Assembly: GCA_040222015.1 (NCBI GenBank)
Contig: JAVJWO010000061.1
Span: forward strand, 1-31,658
Source: Coleofasciculus chthonoplastes F2-STO-03
GTDB taxonomy: Bacteria; Cyanobacteriota; Cyanobacteriia; Cyanobacteriales; Coleofasciculaceae
Length of the DNA stretch: 31,658 bases
Reading direction: 5' to 3'
A model generated the notes under the pieces. It was given only the letters and a program-made list of their open reading frames with translations, was not told the DNA's origin and made no database searches. This document shows positions 28,906-31,658 of this stretch, one piece after another (positions within the stretch are counted from its first letter, which is position 1; every line of letters begins with the position of its first letter). The position numbers and the translations under genes are program-made.

Positions 28906-29790
28906 TCAAAAAAAATCAATCCCTTGTTCCCTGTTCCCTGTTCCCTTCCCTCTCTCATAACTGAATCCATCGGGTAATATCGCCCCCGTTAATGTCGCAC
29001 CACGCAGGTTAACCTGATCCATATTGGCATCGAGTAAAACGGTTTCTAGTAAAATTGCTTCAGTTAAATTAGACCAGCATAGTTTGGCGCGATATAAATT
29101 TGCTTTACTGAGATTAGCACCTCGTAGGGTTGTCCAACAAATACTCACTCCTCTGAGTTTAGCCCCAATCAGTATCGCTCTGGTCAAGTTAACGCCATTA
29201 ATCCTAGCCTGACTCAAATCGACTTCTGTTAAATCTGCCTGGGTAAAGTTAGCACCATGTAACAGGGCTTTGTTCAGATTTGCCTGTTGTAACTTGGTCT
29301 CTAGAAAAATCCCATTGGTTAAATTCGCCTTTTCTAAATTAGCGCTAATTAACGTAGCGGATGAAAGATTCGTGCGGCTGAGTGAAGCGTCAGTCAATTT
29401 TGCGTGATTTAAGTTAGCTTCCCGCATGATCGCCTCACTGAGAATCGCTTCCGAAAGATTGGCACGACTGAGGTTTGCCCCATTTAATGTAGATGCTCGC
29501 AAACTAGCATTGATCAAATTGGCTTCACTAATGTTAGCTTGGGTTAAATTACTCGAAATTAGATTCGCTTCACTTAAATCTGTGCCACATAGGGTAGCTT
29601 GAGTAAGATTTGCCTCTCGCAGGTTGACAAGTTTGAGAGACGCCCCAGTCAGATTACTTTGGCTTAAGTCCGATCCTCGCAGGTTGGCATGAGTCAGATC
29701 AGCACCAATCAGGGAGGCGTTTCTAAGATTAACTCGTCTGAAGTCCCGTTCCCCTACTGCATATCGTTTGAGCAGTTCATCGGCATCCAT
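28906..29790 (-). CDS. Pentapeptide repeat protein
   Basis: Starts MDADELLKRYAVGERDF, continues with A(N/D)Lxx repeats, and ends GAILPDG. Confidence 0.93.
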   Translation of the reverse strand: MDADELLKRYAVGERDFRRVNLRNASLIGADLTHANLRGSDLSQSNLTGASLKLVNLREANLTQATLCGTDLSEANLISSNLTQANISEANLINASLRASTLNGANLSRANLSEAILSEAIMREANLNHAKLTDASLSRTNLSSATLISANLEKANLTNGIFLETKLQQANLNKALLHGANFTQADLTEVDLSQARINGVNLTRAILIGAKLRGVSICWTTLRGANLSKANLYRAKLCWSNLTEAILLETVLLDANMDQVNLRGATLTGAILPDGFSYERGKGTGNREQGIDFF

Positions 29791-29811
29791 AATCGTGTTT
29801 TGATTGCCTAG

Positions 29812-30000
29812 GTAGATGTGCATCAAAGGCAGTGAACTACTCAGGCTTACTTCGTTGAAGCCTGAGCTTCTGGTCTCACAGGGGATTGCGTCAACTTAGA
29901 CTTGCGTCCAAGTTTCGGTCTCACATCCCCTCCACCAGCAGCAGTCCCAGTCCCTGAGACCGATAAATGTTGCTGAGCCTGTCGAAGCATTCTGATACCT
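29812..30000 (-). ncRNA. Predicted omegaRNA/reRNA of the TnpB element
   Basis: TnpB guide RNAs overlap the tnpB 3' end and the right end, with the guide taken from the flank (here TGCCTTTGATGCACAT...). Boundaries are estimated. Confidence 0.55.
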
Positions 30001-31216
30001 TCTGCTCTGATATTTGCTGAGGCGTTGCCGTCTCTATCGTGGTGAATGCCGCAGCTAGGACAAGTCCATGACCTAACCTCTAGTGGCATCTCATTAACTT
30101 GGTAGTGACAGTTTGAACAGAGTTTTGAGCTAGGGAACCATCGATCAATTTCTACGAATACCTTACCCTCTTTTTCAAGCTTGTAAGATAATAAATTGAT
30201 GAACATTCCCCAGCCTACATCAGAGATTGCTTTGGCTAGTTTATGGTTCCGAACCATGCCCTTAGTATTCAGACTTTCGACTACAATGACTTGGTTTTCG
30301 TCAACAAGCTTTGTAGATAACTTATGCAGGTAGTCTTGACGGACATTACTAACTCGCTCATGAACCCTAGCAGCCATTTTTCTGGCTTTATCTCTTGACT
30401 TGCTTCCCTTCTCCTTTCTCGCTAATTTTCGTTGCTTTCTCTTGAGATTGCGCTCATGTTTGGCTAAATGCCTGGGATTAGCGTATTTAGAGGTCTTGAC
30501 CCCATCATTGACAATGGCGAAATCCTTTAACCCTAAGTCAATCCCGGCTACTTTACCATCGGCGCTAGCTTGTGGGTTATCCCCTTCTAACTCAGTCAAG
30601 ACAGATGCATAGTATTTACCCGATGGCGTCATGCTAACCGTTACTGTCTTGATTGTTCCCTCAATTGGTCGGTGTATTTTAGCTTTGACTATGCCAACAC
30701 GACCGGGAAACTTGAGACAACCATCAACAACCTTAACCGACTGGGGATACTGAATAGATTGCTTATTTTTCTTGGCTTTAAACATAGGATATTTAGCCCG
30801 ACGTTCAAAGAAGTTTCGATAAGCACTTACTAGATTTAATGTTGTTGCCTGTAATACCTGAGAATAACATTCCGATAGCCATTCAGTATCCTCCTGTTTT
30901 TTGAGCTTAGGTAGGAAAGCATTCAATGCGGACTGACTCAAGCCTTTACCCGTTGCTTGATAGGTTTCAATACACAAGTTGAGTGCATGATTCCACCACC
31001 AACGAGCGCAGCCAAAGTGTTGAGCTAGTATCACTTGCTGTTCAATTATCGGATATAGCCTAACTTTGACGGCTTGATGTCGCATTGTTTTCACTTTTTT
31101 TTACTATTATACACATTTTCAGTAAGATTCTCCGGATAATTGGAAATTGAGGAACGAAATTTCCCGCTGTCCATCCTCACCCAAGGGCGAAGTAGGGTGA
31201 GGACTTTCGCGGTCAC
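29832..31216 (-). mobile_element. IS200/IS605-family element, TnpB-only (IS1341-like)
   Basis: Right end on the minus strand: CTCAGGCTT/AAGCCTGAG hairpin (29840-29866) then TAGTTCAC. Left end: TTAAC then hairpin TCCTCACCC/GGGTGAGGA (31174-31203). No tnpA. The left boundary is approximate. Confidence 0.8.
29847..31085 (-). CDS. tnpB: RNA-guided endonuclease TnpB
   Basis: N-terminal KVRLYP..HFGCAR, RuvC-I GIDLG, RuvC-II VVESL, zinc finger CSNC..CPSC, and RuvC-III DRDGNA. Alternative GTG start at 31094. Confidence 0.95.
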   Translation of the reverse strand: MRHQAVKVRLYPIIEQQVILAQHFGCARWWWNHALNLCIETYQATGKGLSQSALNAFLPKLKKQEDTEWLSECYSQVLQATTLNLVSAYRNFFERRAKYPMFKAKKNKQSIQYPQSVKVVDGCLKFPGRVGIVKAKIHRPIEGTIKTVTVSMTPSGKYYASVLTELEGDNPQASADGKVAGIDLGLKDFAIVNDGVKTSKYANPRHLAKHERNLKRKQRKLARKEKGSKSRDKARKMAARVHERVSNVRQDYLHKLSTKLVDENQVIVVESLNTKGMVRNHKLAKAISDVGWGMFINLLSYKLEKEGKVFVEIDRWFPSSKLCSNCHYQVNEMPLEVRSWTCPSCGIHHDRDGNASANIRAEGIRMLRQAQQHLSVSGTGTAAGGGDVRPKLGRKSKLTQSPVRPEAQASTK

Positions 31217-31300
31217 GTTAAGTGATCAAGTTTACCGTAAGGGATTCATGATTGGTGAGTCGTGAGTGATAATGAAGAAATTGTCCTGTGCAGGGGAAGC

Positions 31301-31374
31301 TTGTAGAGACGTGCCATGGCGCGTCTGGGAGCTGGGGTTGTAGAGACGTGCCATGGCATGTCTGGGAGCGGGGG
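31301..31374. repeat. Two tandem 37-bp units, each containing a GTAG REP-like hairpin
   Basis: TTGTAGAGACGTGCCATGGCGCGTCTGGGAGCTGGGG at 31301 and a near copy at 31338. Confidence 0.85.
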
Positions 31375-31404
31375 TAAGTGTGCTAACAAATGACATAAGA
31401 CAAA

Positions 31405-31658
31405 TGACCACCCGAATCGCGAGGGGCTACCCCTTCAACGAAGTAAGGGGTAGGGGGATAGCGGAAAATGCGAGGGGTCAATCCCCGAAGTATTTTCAAT
31501 CTCTCTCTTTCTATCTATCTATCCCATGTAGTGGTATAGTTTAGCCATGAAACAAGTTCTCACAATAGTTGTAAAGCTCCAGCCCTCTCCTGAACAAGTT
31601 GCCTTCTTAGAGGCAACTCTTCAGGCGTTTGCGGACGCTTGTAACTACGTGAACGAAA
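31405..31658 (+). mobile_element. Left end of a second IS200/IS605-family element (runs off the right edge)
   Basis: Hairpin CTACCCCTT/AAGGGGTAG (31427-31453) followed by GATAGCGG, upstream of a tnpB-like start. Confidence 0.7.
31547..31658 (+). CDS. tnpB: TnpB family protein, 5' fragment (truncated by the window edge)
   Basis: MKQVLTIVVKLQPSPEQVAFLEATLQAFADACNYVNE is a typical TnpB N-terminus. TGGTATAGT extended -10 at 31532-31540. Confidence 0.75.
   Translation, partial: MKQVLTIVVKLQPSPEQVAFLEATLQAFADACNYVNE

Noticed and set aside
1093..30612. Many 60-176-aa antisense or shifted-frame ORFs inside long genes
   Set aside because: Shadow ORFs of well-supported genes, with no independent motifs.
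31301..31374. Two 37-bp repeats resembling a mini CRISPR array
   Set aside because: The units are directly adjacent with no spacers, match GTAG REP hairpins, and no cas genes are present.

Overview
Chromosomal window from a cyanobacterium (at least 10 HIP1 GCGATCGC sites, heptamer tandem repeats, GTAG REP-like palindromes). A filamentous, gliding, Coleofasciculus/Microcoleus-like host is an inference. The core is a hormogonium-polysaccharide/gliding-motility locus: HpsE-family and other glycosyltransferases, a SAM methyltransferase, a broken GT2-sulfotransferase fusion, hpsA and four type IV pilin-like genes. It is interleaved with housekeeping genes (PyrC-like, clpB, htpG, rpmB, folC, a sugar ABC binding lipoprotein, a pentapeptide repeat protein). 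There are three IS200/IS605-type elements: one complete TnpB-only element, the start of a second tnpB at the right edge, and a probable left end at the left edge. The most notable observations are: (1) a highly structured, possibly doubly pseudoknotted RNA behind that left end; (2) two near-identical HpsE-family genes flanking htpG, each heading a different glycan-modification cassette (a decaying GT4/sulfotransferase one and an intact methyltransferase one); (3) palindromic or small repeats translated in frame inside folC and tnpB; (4) a structured leader upstream of hpsA; (5) a nested MITE with a 9-bp target duplication. All calls were made by eye, without database searches or folding software.
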